Of a DNA stretch of 64,000 nucleotides, positions 35,054 to 47,364 are shown piece by piece; the first letter of the stretch is position 1, and each line of letters starts with the position of its first letter. The stretch is taken from assembly GCF_947568905.1 (NCBI RefSeq), contig NC_079170.1:49972001-50036000 (forward strand), written 5' to 3'. This stretch comes from Ostrea edulis. Lineage: Eukaryota. Position numbers and translations under genes: made by a program. The notes beneath the pieces were generated by a model that ran no database searches, had not been told where the DNA came from, and worked only from the letters and a program-made list of their open reading frames with translations.

Positions 35054-36160
35054 TAGTGTGGAATAATCGGGAAAATTTCCTAATCGATAATCGATCAAAA
35101 TCGGAAGAACTAGATCGATCAATGATCGATATAATAGGAATTTACACGTAGTTAATAAATGTTTATTATTTTGTGGTTATTTCCTTTTAGTTTTATGGAT
35201 ATGTGTAACATACACACATCTATTAGCTTATTTACGAGGAATGAAATGGTGTGTTTTTTTATAGCCATGACATCGAGATTGGCTTTAGTTTAGTTTTAAG
35301 AAACCTTAAAGTTTTCAGACGTCCAACTTTGGTTTCCATGGGTAGGGATATATATCAAGTTATCAACTATTACGAGATTCCTCCGACTCTTATCCCCGCT
35401 TTTATATCGTGACATGTGCAGGAGAGAGTCAGAGCGGACTCTATAATGAAAAGTGGGAATTCAGCGACACCAGCTAGTGTCGCTGCATTGCCTACCTTTT
35501 ACAACTTTATTTCGCGGATTTACCATTCAAGACGCAAGGATTCGGATTATTATTCTACAAGTTAACTATGACTAAGTTGATGCTATTGCCGTGTAAAAAG
35601 CTCTCACACTGATAAATGAAGCATCACTTTGAATTCGGTCGCCAATCGAGTTCTTTGCGCATGACGTCAGCACACAGATACACAAAATTCCAATCGGCGT
35701 TAAAGTAGCCATGAATAACCTGAGGAATGCTCATCCGATTACTGAATCCTATCTAGATCAGCGAAATAAAGATGTAAACGGTAGGCAGAGCAGCGACACT
35801 AGATGGTGTCGCCAACTTCTCACAAGTCTTTTCATTATGGAGTCCACTCTGACTCTCCCCCGCACATGTCGTAATATAAAAGCGGGGATAAGAGTCAGAG
35901 GAATCTCGGATTATTTATCAACTTCATAATTATTGAGTTGATCTCAATATCCATGATGATGATGATGAAAATATCTAAAGCCTTCTTCCTTTTCAAATGT
36001 TACAGTATTGATTGGTATTTACGTAGTTGATTCGTTTAATACGTTTATAATGGGCTTGTGTTCGGGCGACAATCGATTATTAAAAATGGAATCGATAATC
36101 GGAATCGACGAGCCAAAAACGATCGACAATCGATTGTCGGCGACAATCGTTTCATCACTA
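35054..36160. mobile_element. Possible hAT-like non-autonomous remnant with ATCGAT-rich subterminal repeats surrounding the foldback
   Basis: Ends TAGTG.../...CATCACTA; clusters of AATCG/ATCGAT at 35070-35130 and 36065-36150; no TSD found. Confidence 0.4.
35355..35935. mobile_element. Foldback element with ~170-bp inverted arms
   Basis: GAGATTCCTCCGACTCTTATCCCCGCTTTTATAT...CTTTATTTCGC (35375-35516) mirrored at 35761-35910; each arm has an internal CAGCGACAC-N6-GTGTCGC hairpin. Confidence 0.8.
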
Positions 36161-38647
36161 TCTTTAATGTCTTCCATGTATTAAGCTCCGCCTTAGCACA
36201 TGAACCCCCTATCCTGAAATCATGTTATTGTACATGTTTATGAGTAATAAAAACCCCAAAGTAAATCAATCACTACTTGTTCGATTCCAAGCAACATTGG
36301 TTTTCGTGGCAGGAATGAAGCAGGCATTATTGAAAAAGCAGCTCGAAATTTAACTTAAAGCTACATTTATTCTCTTTGGTAGACTGAATGGGATTTCCGT
36401 GAAACAAAGAAATTGTACAGGATAGAAACATGTGTAAGAAAAACAACCAATCGACATAATTTCGTTATCAGTAGAATTCACATCAGTCATTCAAACTGAG
36501 TCAAGTTTGAAACATTCAAGAACTTCAACCACAATATACATGTAAGTTCTGTGGCTGCCCATTAACAATTAAATACCACATGTTGGATTGTAGATCCCCA
36601 CTACCATTCCGAAGCAGACGTTTCAAAGATCCGATGTATCGAATCAATGAAGAAGCTTTTTGAAGTGAATATTGATATAGTTTTACAACTTTTGATTGAG
36701 GCGGGATTTTACTTATATAAACAATTATGTTCATAGCCCGTCGGATGGGACGTAAAATGAAACCTCGTCTTAGGGACCACAAACCCATCCGGTATGCAAA
36801 AGACCGTCGTCATGGTCTTCGACGGTAAAATACTACGTAACCTTTAAAAAACCTTCAAAACCTAACACTGATATGATCGAAACGTTGCCGCTTCGGCTTA
36901 AGATGACATCATTTTTCAAAATTCCGTCCCCATCCCTAAAATTCAAATGGAGCCGTGTTCATGAAATCCACAATAGTTGTTCTCATACCCAAAAGACCCT
37001 ACACACAATTTGATTGACAAATGTTCAATGAATTTCTGTTGAGATTGTTTGAAAGTTAACAAGGTATGACGACAGACGAACACGAGATATTACGTGAACT
37101 GAGTCACTCAAGTAACCTAACAAAATAATGATGAATTAATTTCCACCTCTTATAATTAAAGTAATTACAAGATCTGCCGCTCTATTTCGAGTAAGGAAAT
37201 GTTGAAAGAGGAGGGGAAGGTAATATATATCTCATATAACTTATGCTGATGAGCCGTAAGACTTAAAGCAATAAACAATACAATACAATCTATCTCATAG
37301 AAAACCTACCCCCATACAGTGAATTATAAGTACCCGTAAACATAACATCCACCCAAAAAGTCACAAAAGCAAACAAAAATACATTACAGGATCCAGTAAA
37401 TGTGATAATCCCCTATCTTTATTTCTCACGAAAAGAAGGAGAAACTCCGAACGTATTGTAACACAATGAATACAAAAAAATGTGGATTCTAAAATCCAAA
37501 GGACTTTTAGTAAATTTTAAATCACAAACCATTTCCAAAACAACAGAAACTAAACGAAAGAATTTTCAACAATTTACTCCACCATTCCTCATCACCATGA
37601 AATAAAGACTACGCTTTTTTTTTTAACAAAAAAACAACAACAAAAAACCAATTGCTTTTTCAATTGTACTATTCTCTTTAGGATTTATGAGAGTGATCAC
37701 TGTTCGTTATCTTCGCTTTTCAATAAATCATTCCAAAAAATGTCAGTGTACTTACTATAAGGAGGACTAAAAAAACATAAGACTAATTTGTTGACACCAT
37801 CACGACTCAAGGACGGTATCAGCCCTGGTTTATTATTGGGAATTGTATCAAAATGTTGCACAACAATGATTTCCGCACCTGTTATTAACAACGGAAATTG
37901 CTTTATAGGGCGCTGAAGGGAGATACATTAGAAAGGATGACGTCACAAGTCGGTTAACGCAGCGAATGAAAAATACTTTATCACATGCGGAGGAATATGA
38001 TTGTAATCACGACAGTCATCAATTTAAGCTGGCATGTTCACAGTCGGAGCATTAAGCGAACTTCACTTACACCTCTGTCAGCGCATAGAAAGTACTTTCT
38101 GCATCACGTGACAATTAAATCACGTGATATAAATAGTAGGAATGGTTGAGGAACAACATGCAACATAGACATCACGTCAGTGAAAATAAAAACAAATCGA
38201 CTATTTTAATTGTAATATAAATATAATTACGTCCTTTTAATGCGCTGATTTGTTTTATTGGAAATAACAGGTATAGTGCTACATGTATCTCAGCTGCAAA
38301 TGCGTTAGAGTCTGATTAACTCGTCCTGTACCACACCGGTACAACATCTTACAGCGACTCTTTAAAGGTTCAGGTCCAATATTTTCAGTCTTAAAATATT
38401 CTTTTGATTAACACGGAATTCGGTATTCATCCCCGATATAGTTCAAAATTTAGATAAATTGTAAGCAAAAGCCACATAGTGACTGTAAAAAAAGAACAGT
38501 TTCCATCAATACATTTTATTTTCATGATACCCCTAACGAAGTGTGGGACAGAATGTATAGATATCGTTGTCTACCTGGCTATCCAGTAAATAAGGATTAA
38601 GGAGGAACAACACCTGTTAAGGATAATGGAGGACATGTGAAATAATA

Positions 38648-39116
38648 CTGTACACAGGGAAATATGTGTCCCCATTTTATTTTCGCCCTTGTTGTCGGTA
38701 TACAAATTGAAGAATGGACGAAATAGTTTTCATTCTTATATCTCGTTTAATTAATACAACTGTGTCTAGACGAATCTAGATTGATTGATTGATTGTTTGA
38801 TGTTTTCCGCCACACTCAACAATTTTCCAGTTATCTGGTGGCGCCCAGTTTTTATTGGTGGAAGAGAGAACCCAGATACGATGTACCTGGGAAGAGACCA
38901 TCGACCTTTCGAAAGTAAACTAGGAAACTTTCTTACTTACCGGCACGAGCGGGATTCGAACCCGCGCCGACAGAGGTGAGAGGCCGTGTGATTTTGAGCG
39001 CGATGCTCTAACCACTCGGCCACGGAGGCCCCTTAGACGAATCTAGAACTGGGTGAAACCTTTTACAATCATAAAAAGACGGAGAAAACACATGGTGAAA
39101 ATAACCCTGCACACAG
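38648..39116. mobile_element. TA-target MITE hosting a SINE
   Basis: TA|CTGTACACAGGG ... CCCTGCACACAG|TA. Confidence 0.65.
38781..39033 (-). mobile_element. tRNA-derived SINE (V-domain-like core), full length
   Basis: Sense head GGGGCCTCCGTGGCCGAGTGGTTAG...GGTTCGAATCC (A and B boxes), (CAAT)n tail, 14-bp TSD TAGACGAATCTAGA (38767-38780 / 39034-39047). Confidence 0.9.
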
Positions 39117-40398
39117 TATTTCAAACTTGTAAACTTAAAATTTCATTTATCTGTATATCCTTGTGGTTCTTGAAAAGATTTCGAAAAATAAATATACAAA
39201 TGTACGTTTTTACTCTTCCGGAAAAAAATCTTGTAGCCTCGTCCTAACTATAGGAAGCATGGTGCTAACGAATTTGAATTGATACTTCATGAGAATCATA
39301 TCATTTTGAAACAATGTATTGTTCAAATAATTTCCCTACATACTGATATAATTTAATCTTATTTGTAACACGCAAATTGATTGTCTGAGCACACTGACAA
39401 AAAATAGTTTACAATGTATATTGTATAATGTATCTTGCTATGGGGACACGCCCCCTTGGTAACCCAAGACGGCACTACTTTTTGTGATTTGAATTTACAT
39501 CGCAGAAGTGATACGTTGTAGGCCTTCTATGAAATTGAAAATCAAGGGAATAAAACTTGCACAATAATAATACCTTTGCTTGATTTTCTCTCTCGATGTC
39601 AAACAAGGCATATTCATGTGGGTTTTTTTTTTTTACTTGTAAACTACACAAAACATTAACGGTAAAAACTCGATACCAACTCTAATACAACGATATCATT
39701 TGCGAAATAATGGTGCAGTATATCAAGTACTTGCAACGCTTGCTGTTTCATAATAAAATACATTTTCACTTGTGAGATTGCTTGATCCGCCTATCAAAGC
39801 ATAAAATGTGCCATCTCTTACAAAATGTACCAAAGGACGTCACGCCAACATCGATTGGCTGTGAATTCTTTACATTTTACTGTGTCGGATTTAATTGGGT
39901 GACAATGCTGCATGCTATGGTAAGTTGAAATTTAGTTTAAAACGTTTATAAAGTCAAACTACCGCAAAGCATGTGGCATTTTCTGGTGCATGGCGTATTT
40001 TGTGTGATATGAGGTTTAGAGTTTTAAAAAATTCCAAGTATTTACTGTCATAGCGACTCAAAAAGTCGATCTTGCAATGTGCAGTAAACATTGGGCATAC
40101 ATATGTAGCCTACACATATCTTATATTATCAGGATTCGTTGAAAACAACGTTTTTAAATTTGATTCATAAAGTACATGCTCCGGTTATGCATAGAACCAA
40201 GATGGTGGTTTTCTCAGTCAACGCTTCGTCAGTCTGTTGCTAAGTGAATCCTTGCGCGGTGCAAGTGATTTCACTCACTGTGTTTGTTTACTTTTTTGTA
40301 TAAATGAAGAGTACACCGTAGTTTTGTTTTTTACATTAATGATAAGGAATGAAGCTAATTTTGGCCTATGTTACACGATATAATGTATAATGTTTACG

Positions 40399-41175
40399 CT
40401 TATTAGTCCCCTACCGACGAAGTCGAGCAATTTCTACCCAGAGTTATCGTTCCTTACACTCACTTACAAAAGTGAGAGCAAGGAACAACAACTCTGGGTA
40501 GAGATTGGAAGTCGAGGGGACTTAAGGTTTGCGCTCCGTCCGTCTGTCTGTCCGTCCGTCAGTCCAGTTTTCCGCACTTTTTTCTCTGTTCTTGCAGATA
40601 TTTATTTTATATTTGGTAAGTGTCTTTGCCATAACAAGTTACAGATCAAGTTCGAACTTCGTCTCGGTCCGTTGCCTTTTCACTTAGTTATGGCCCTTGA
40701 ACTTAGAAAAATAGCATGAATTATCAGTTTTCTGGACTTTTTTTTGGTTGTCCTTGCAGATATTCATTTGATATTTGGTACATTGCTTTGCCATAACAAG
40801 TTACAGATCAAGTTTGAATTTCGTCTCGGTCCGTTTATTTTTCACTTAGTTATGGCCCTTGGACTTAGAAAAATAGCATGAATAATCAGTTTTCCAGACT
40901 TTTTTTGGTTGTCCTTGCAGATATTCATTTGATATTTGGTACATTGCTTTGTCATACAATATGTAACAAGTTACAGATCAAGTTTGACTTTCGTCTCGGT
41001 CCGTTGATTTTTCACTTAGTTATGGCCCTTGGACTTAGAAAAATAGCATGAATTATCAGTTCACGGACTCTTTGCCATAACAAGTTACAGATCAAGTTTG
41101 AATTTCCTCTTGGTCCGTTGATTTTCCATTAAGTTATGGCCCTTGGACGTGAAAAAATAGCATGAATTGTTAGTT
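40399..41175 (+). mobile_element. HINE with ~161-bp tandem repeats, 3-prime truncated
   Basis: TTATTAGTCCCCT...GGGGACT hairpin, (GTCC/GTCT)n, GCCATAACAAGTTACAGATCAAG monomers at 40628, 40790, 40951, 41074. Confidence 0.82.
40428..40507. mobile_element. 80-bp hairpin MITE with 9-bp TSD
   Basis: TIR CAATTTCTACCCAGAGTTATCGTTCCTT vs AAGGAACAACAACTCTGGGTAGAGATTG (25/28); TSD GAAGTCGAG (40419-40427 / 40508-40516). Confidence 0.88.
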
Positions 41176-42798
41176 TACATCCATGTTTCTTATCTCTGTA
41201 GATAAGAATTAAGAATACTACACTCATTAAAACTTCTAGCATAGTAATACTACAATATATCTAAATTATTCATGATCATCTACATGTCACAGTTTATTGA
41301 CATGGTTAAAGACCTAAACCTAATTATAAATTTGTCTTTTTTCTTGGTCTAGTCTCTACTCGAATAGTAGTTGATTTCCAACCATTCCTATCCTGGTTCC
41401 CCAATTTTCCCTTTCACCATAACCTACATAATGAACTTTGAATATTGTTGTGGTACAGTGATTTTTGCAACCGGTAGGGGACTATGTATTGCCATGCAAT
41501 ACTCTCAGAGTGCTTGTTATAATCCGCTTCGAAAATGTGACGAAAAATTCCATCGAATGTACATTACATTACATGTTAAAAAATAAATGAACCATTATGG
41601 TTTCTGGGTGAACCTTTAAGTAGCAGTCCAACTCAAAATTCTGCAGCGCAACATTAAACATAAGTGATATATCTTTAAAAAGCTTATAGATAGTTTCTAG
41701 TACTACGGGTGTATTTCATGAAAATCAGAATAATATTCACACATACATGTACATAGAAAGATAATTGACAGAGATTTTTAAAGCTTTCTATACGTATTAG
41801 AAAATAAAGTGTTTTGTGAACTTTCTGTAATATTACAAATCTGCTGATTACTGGTATCATTACGCATACACAAGGGCCAAACTACGACCCACAATCAAAT
41901 ATGTGATACCTGAGCATTTAGGATCAGAATATAAGAAAACTCACCCTCTGCAGGATTCGTTAATTTCTGCCAATGAGTTTCTTTTCTGGTCCAAGGGTTT
42001 GTGTGTTGGGGGTGGGGGTGATCATGTACACAGACATCATTCGTCGTACATTTGCATTTTAACTTTATATAATGTACCCAAGTGGTTCTCGAGAAGGTAT
42101 TCAAAGAATGCTCCTTATTAATACTATTTCTATTTATAGCTCTGAACCCCTATTATGACCCCAAAGGTGCATTACAAGTATGGAGAACAGGAAGTTAGAT
42201 AATATGAGTGTAAGTTAGTTACTCACACCACTGTTAAAGTGTCATGTGATGTTTAAAACAAGGAAGAATGAAATGAAAACTACCACGTTTTGCGACGGTA
42301 CACTGTACCTGTCATGAGAATTAAGTAGTAGAAGCGGTGGTATGATGTTATGCATGGGGATCAACCATACCTTTGTTACCTGCATATAGAGAGGAGCTAG
42401 GAATCACCCCCCAAAAAAGGTAAAAAGAAACTTTCTTAAAATCATTTTTTAAATGTCACAGTGATGAATTAATGAACTGAAGATTGTGTATCCACCATTT
42501 TTTTTTTTTAGATCCACTATTTTTTTTAGATTATGTTTGGATTTAGTCACTGTTGTCATATTTGAACACACAGGAAAATACTCATGTTTGTACAAACAAT
42601 TATAGTCGAGTTATCTTTCTTTGTATACATGTACAAATAATTGTGCAAAGCAAGGTAATATCAATTCTTTGGATAAACCTTCATACGTTTGTTGAAAATG
42701 TATTTCACAGAAATTTGATGTTGAAATCAAAGTGACATGTTTTCCTTCATTAAAATTTCAGTATTCAACAGTTACTGTAAGTGTACTTCGCAAAAGAC

Positions 42799-44442
42799 AT
42801 GACGCACATGATTCAAGCTCAGAAGGCCAGACTGTGCGATTTTTGTCAAGATCCTGTCTATAATATCTGCCGTGAATGTGGGGACGGACTCTGCAAAATT
42901 TGCACCGCAAATCACTTCGTTTTAAAGCCGTCACAAGTGCATGACATTGTCCCTTACAAGTACGGAAAAGGAAGTCGCATCTTTAATCAGTGCGCATGCC
43001 TGTCCACTGAGAAACCAGCATTTTACTGTTTTGATTGTTACACACCATTTTGTGATGCTTGCGAGAGAGCCCACCGTTTGCATAATTCGGGGTGTATTTC
43101 GGAAAATATCAATGTTCTTGTTGAAATGTTACAGAAACAGAATCTGGAATTAATTAATATCATTATTCCCCACTATCAGTCCAAAACAGACGCTGTTAGG
43201 TTGAAAATCTCTGAACTTCCCGGTAGATATGACAATATTAAGCAAAGGATGGAGACCCATAGAACATCTCTACACAAAGCCATTGATGAAATCTTTAACA
43301 GGGAGCTTAACAAATTGCGTGAAATAGAAATTAGTCATCGGGCAGGACTATTGAAACAGCTTGAGAAAATCATAAAACAGACTGATCTTATCGAGAGAGT
43401 TATTGCACGCAATTATGATATATTGAGTGATGCCAAATTGCTGTTCGAAGCAAATGTCTTCGAACTTTTTACACCAATAACCAATGCTCCTCTAAAAATT
43501 GAGGAACATAGCACCCCTGAATTTGTTGTAAATGTGGAAAATACACATGAAAAGTTTAAAGACGTTGTTGGTTCTCTTGTTGAAAAGGGAACCGTTGTCT
43601 CTTCTTACACACCGAACCTACACCAAACATTCTGTTTAAAACCAATGACATCCCCAAAACAGATTTCACTGCTCAGTTGTGACATGTACGTTGGGGACAT
43701 CGCATGTGAAAGAAGTGGCACGGCCTGGGTGTGTGGACTTGCATCTAGGCATATTGTTCAGTATGATCTGAAAGAAGGTAAAACGAAAAACTCCATTTCT
43801 GCTACTACCCAGCCATCGTTCGTAGCCTTGAACCGCTTAGGGCATCTATTCTACACCGAATTTCGAGATAGCTCTGTGAAATATGTGACCCACACGACAC
43901 CTCAATCGTTCGCTAAAACAAAAGGATGGCAACCTCGAGGAATCATCTGCACTGACCATGGTGACGTTCTTGTTTCAGAGTACAGCGCAAATCTGAAACA
44001 CTCGAGGATTGCTAGATACAATAGTTGCGGTTGTTTGGTGAAAGTCATAGAATGTAATGAGTCGCAAAAGCCTTTATTTCAGGATATCATGTTCATTTGT
44101 CAAAACAGGAACGGGGACATTGGTGTTACTGATAGAGTAAAATCGGTAGCCATCATTGTTCGGCAGAATGGTCAAAAGAGATTTGAATATTCTGGTCATA
44201 TCCGTTCATGTGACTTTTCAGACTTTGGTTTAAGTGGAATTAGTACAGACAGCCGTTGTAACTATGTTATTTCGGATGCTCACAATAATACCCTGCATGT
44301 TATTGACTGGCAAGGAAAGTTTCTGTTTTATGTTATGCCAGGAAAAATTGTTGCTCCGATGGCGATCTGCGTTGATGAAAAAGACAGGGTGTGGGTTGCC
44401 GAGGCACGTGGTACTATCAGAGTGTTGACTTATATTGATTGA
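42799..44442 (+). CDS. B-box/coiled-coil/NHL-repeat protein (TRIM2/3-like, no RING), 547 aa, intronless
   Basis: CDFC...CRECGDGLCKICTANH...H and C.C...CFDC...CDAC...H..H zinc motifs, helical coiled-coil region, NHL-type repeats (GWQPRGI, DVLVSE, GDIGVTD, ISDAHNN, MAICVDEKDRVWVAE); first ATG at 42799. Confidence 0.9.
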   Translation: MTHMIQAQKARLCDFCQDPVYNICRECGDGLCKICTANHFVLKPSQVHDIVPYKYGKGSRIFNQCACLSTEKPAFYCFDCYTPFCDACERAHRLHNSGCISENINVLVEMLQKQNLELINIIIPHYQSKTDAVRLKISELPGRYDNIKQRMETHRTSLHKAIDEIFNRELNKLREIEISHRAGLLKQLEKIIKQTDLIERVIARNYDILSDAKLLFEANVFELFTPITNAPLKIEEHSTPEFVVNVENTHEKFKDVVGSLVEKGTVVSSYTPNLHQTFCLKPMTSPKQISLLSCDMYVGDIACERSGTAWVCGLASRHIVQYDLKEGKTKNSISATTQPSFVALNRLGHLFYTEFRDSSVKYVTHTTPQSFAKTKGWQPRGIICTDHGDVLVSEYSANLKHSRIARYNSCGCLVKVIECNESQKPLFQDIMFICQNRNGDIGVTDRVKSVAIIVRQNGQKRFEYSGHIRSCDFSDFGLSGISTDSRCNYVISDAHNNTLHVIDWQGKFLFYVMPGKIVAPMAICVDEKDRVWVAEARGTIRVLTYID

Positions 44443-44519
44443 GAATTGTGTCCATCTGCAACTTTGACGAAGCTCTTCATTCAGTTGAAAACATAGGAAA
44501 AACCTAAAAGAAAGCTTAA

Positions 44520-45510
44520 AGAGACACTACAGCTCATTTTGCGCAAAAATCATGAAATGACAATTTTCCCAGCGCTTTCTCAATTTTTGTTGCATTGTTG
44601 AAAGTATGAACTTTGCGAAAATAACACTTATCTAAAGTTAAAAATTATCGTTTTAACGTTAAAATTAATACTTTTTGATGGCCTATACACAAAATATCGA
44701 GTCTCCTCCTTTCAGTCTTCAGACGCATGCGCATAGACAGTAAACAGTGCAGCATGTCGTCCAGAGAGAGAAAGTGTAGTTGATAGATCTAGAAGTTTGA
44801 CAGATTCTGTGAGAAAAGAGGTAAAATTAGAATGAGATAAAACTCATACGTGAAATAAAATTTACCTTGGTATCAGTTTGACCGTTGGAAAACAAAGAGC
44901 TCGGAGAAACACATGTAACTCAGTGGCGGATCTAGGATATCCGAAGAGGGGTGTGAAAGTCAAAGATTAGCCAAAGTAATCGGCCATTCTGGTGCAAAAT
45001 TTGGATTTCCATTCACAATCTGTGGGGTAAAAAGGGAGGGGGATCCTGGCCCCCTAAATCTGCCATTGAGACTAGCTGCGAAGACACCACGTTTAAAAGT
45101 AAGTGTTATTTTTATCTGAACACGACACGTGTTAGTTGTAAAAACATCGGTCAGTGGGAACATGGAAGGTTTCTGTTGAAATAATGATTTATAATTACTT
45201 ATTATAAGGAGCAGGGAATAATCTTATACTTGAAAGGTGAGTGTGGACCCCTTGAAGGGGAATTTAAATAATTTCCTTCAGAACACCTTTGCTGTCATTC
45301 AAAACCACGTGATGTAAATAAGCATTCAAAAGTCCGAGTCAGCATGAAGAAACCTTTGAATTCCGAACGATCTTCAAAGCGCATTTGAGAGTAAATTGAT
45401 GCATCCCAATTGTTCAAAATTGTCAGCATCGATATGAAATTTATCATTTTATCAATACATGGTTTTAAAAACACTTTATTAAAATGTGGAAAATGAGCTG
45501 TAGTGTCTCT
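44520..45510. mobile_element. Kolobok-type MITE, 991 bp
   Basis: Perfect 21-bp TIR AGAGACACTACAGCTCATTTT and TTAA on both sides (44516-44519 / 45511-45514). Confidence 0.9.
44921..45068. mobile_element. Short CAGTGGCGGATC-type MITE nested in the Kolobok MITE
   Basis: CAGTGGCGGATCTAGG ... CCTAAATCTGCCATTG; no TSD found. Confidence 0.6.
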
Positions 45511-45837
45511 TTAAAGCTGCAATACCTTGTACTAAGTACTGTAGATTTCAGAGAAGGCAAGGCAAATGAATTCAAACACTTTGAAATTAATTACATGTAC
45601 TATGGAAGTAAAAAAAATGTAGGCAACAGCGTGTAAGCATGTAAAAGCATATGCCTATAAGAGAATGTATTACTAATAGAAATAAATCGTGCTTAATTTA
45701 ACTTAATTTGCTATAGGTGTTGAATGCAGCTGACAGAGATTCATAATTTGTCAAGATTTGCAATTTTTATCTCGAGTTGATGCTATTAGAGCCATCTTAC
45801 GTACCCGTCTCTGATATCTAAACATTCTTCAAAGTTC

Positions 45838-46290
45838 ATTGGTCACCTGAGTCATTGCTATAATATATGCGTCCGTCGTGCGTTAGCAATTGAATATTTA
45901 ACTACCCTTCCAATTCTTTTCAAATATGGTACGAAGTATCTGTGAGACAAGGAGGACATAGATTATAAATTCCATGTCTCCTGCACCCCAAGCAGGGCAA
46001 CAACTAATCCTCAACTGCCGCGGTTGTCAAGAGGTAGAGCGTTTGCCTCGCATACGGAAGGTCGGGCTTCGAATCTCGGCCGCGACAGACCTAAGTCGTT
46101 AAAACAGGTAGTGATAGTTCCATCACCAAACGCTCGGCATCAGGTGTGAATGTCACGGGTCCTCGAAGATGGCCTTAAAAACGGATGTCCCAGAGGTGTC
46201 ACAGTAGGTATGGTACGCTAAGAACCCTTACTGCTCAATGACCGTAAGCGCCGAGCATATATGCCTAAATTTGAAGTCCTTCACCGGTAT

Positions 46291-46325
<35 letters not shown>

Positions 46326-47364
46326 AGGGACGTAAAACAAGATACAATCAATCAAAAAACTTCTATGCAACAGCATATCTGTAAAAAAAAACCTAAATGC
46401 ATATTCATGTAGGGAAGGGAAGCTTCTACAAAAATCGTGAATTTCATGATCCTAAGGTTAGAGGTAATGACTCCAGGGCGGGAGCAAACTGGGTAGAAAG
46501 TGTTAATATGTAAAGCATATACGTGTAAATAAATTCTTTAATACAATTGAAACTAAATAGATATTTAGAAGGAGCAGGTAGCCCTTTACCAAAATTATAA
46601 ATTTCATGACCCCAGGGGTAAGGGCTTTGGTACCAGAATGGGATCAAAATGGATAAAGTAATTTAATTTCTTCTTGATAACTACTCTTCCAATTCCTTTC
46701 CAATTTGGTATGAAGTATATTTTGAACATGGGGGATGCAATGATACATTTCAGGATTCCTACACCCCCGGGGCAATAGGGGCAAAGGAAATTTCGCTATA
46801 AAATTGACCAATTTTCAAAAATCTTCTAAAAACTGCACATCTGTATGAAAAACTAAATGCATAGTCATGTAGGGTAGGGAGACTTCCATCAAAATAATTT
46901 CATGATTCCTGGGATAGCAGTTCTGACTCCAGGATATGGGCAAACTAGTGTTTATGTGTAAAACATTTAAATATTTTCTTTAATGCTATTGCTACTAAAC
47001 TGAAACTAAATAGTGCAGGTAGCCCTTCGCCAAAATTGTAAATTGCATGATCCCGGGGGTGGGGGTTTTTGGTTCCAGGAAGAGACCAAAATTACCATAG
47101 TGATTATTGTATTTATCATTTAAAAGACTTTAAAAAATAAAATTGCTGATACAGTATAAAAAAGAAAAGCTTATTTAGGAAAAGCCGAAAAGAATGTGCC
47201 AAAGTTGTGAATTTCGCAACCTTCAGGTTCTGACTCTAGGGCAGGTCCTAAATAGTCATAAAGCGTTAGTAAACAAATATTATATCATGTAATTTAAAGG
47301 TTTTTTTTTTAATCAGTATAGACACCTTCGGGGGTCATTCTGTGTTTGAAGAAAACATCTTGTT
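45838..47364 (+). mobile_element. Long diverged HINE with satellite-like repeats, hosting a SINE
   Basis: GGTCACCTGAGTCA start, CGT microsatellite, repeated AATTTCATGA.CCC.GGG blocks, CCTTCGGGGG palindrome and CTTGTT end. Confidence 0.6.
46013..46354 (+). mobile_element. tRNA-headed SINE sharing its 3-prime half with the non-tRNA-head family
   Basis: A-box-like TGTCAAGAGGTAG, B-box-like GCTTCGAATCT, then GTGTCACAGTAGG...CATATGAGTGAAAAATTCTCGAG.GGGACGT and (CAAT)n tail. Confidence 0.85.

Noticed and set aside
37246-37280. Hammerhead core from CTGATGAG (also CTGATGA at ~17713, ~48195, ~58416)
   Set aside because: No downstream GAAA and no closing stems.
38930-39033. Functional tRNA gene
   Set aside because: tRNA-like head continues into a SINE body with tail and 14-bp TSD; no proper acceptor stem.
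46013-46090. Functional tRNA gene
   Set aside because: Degenerate boxes and attached SINE body.
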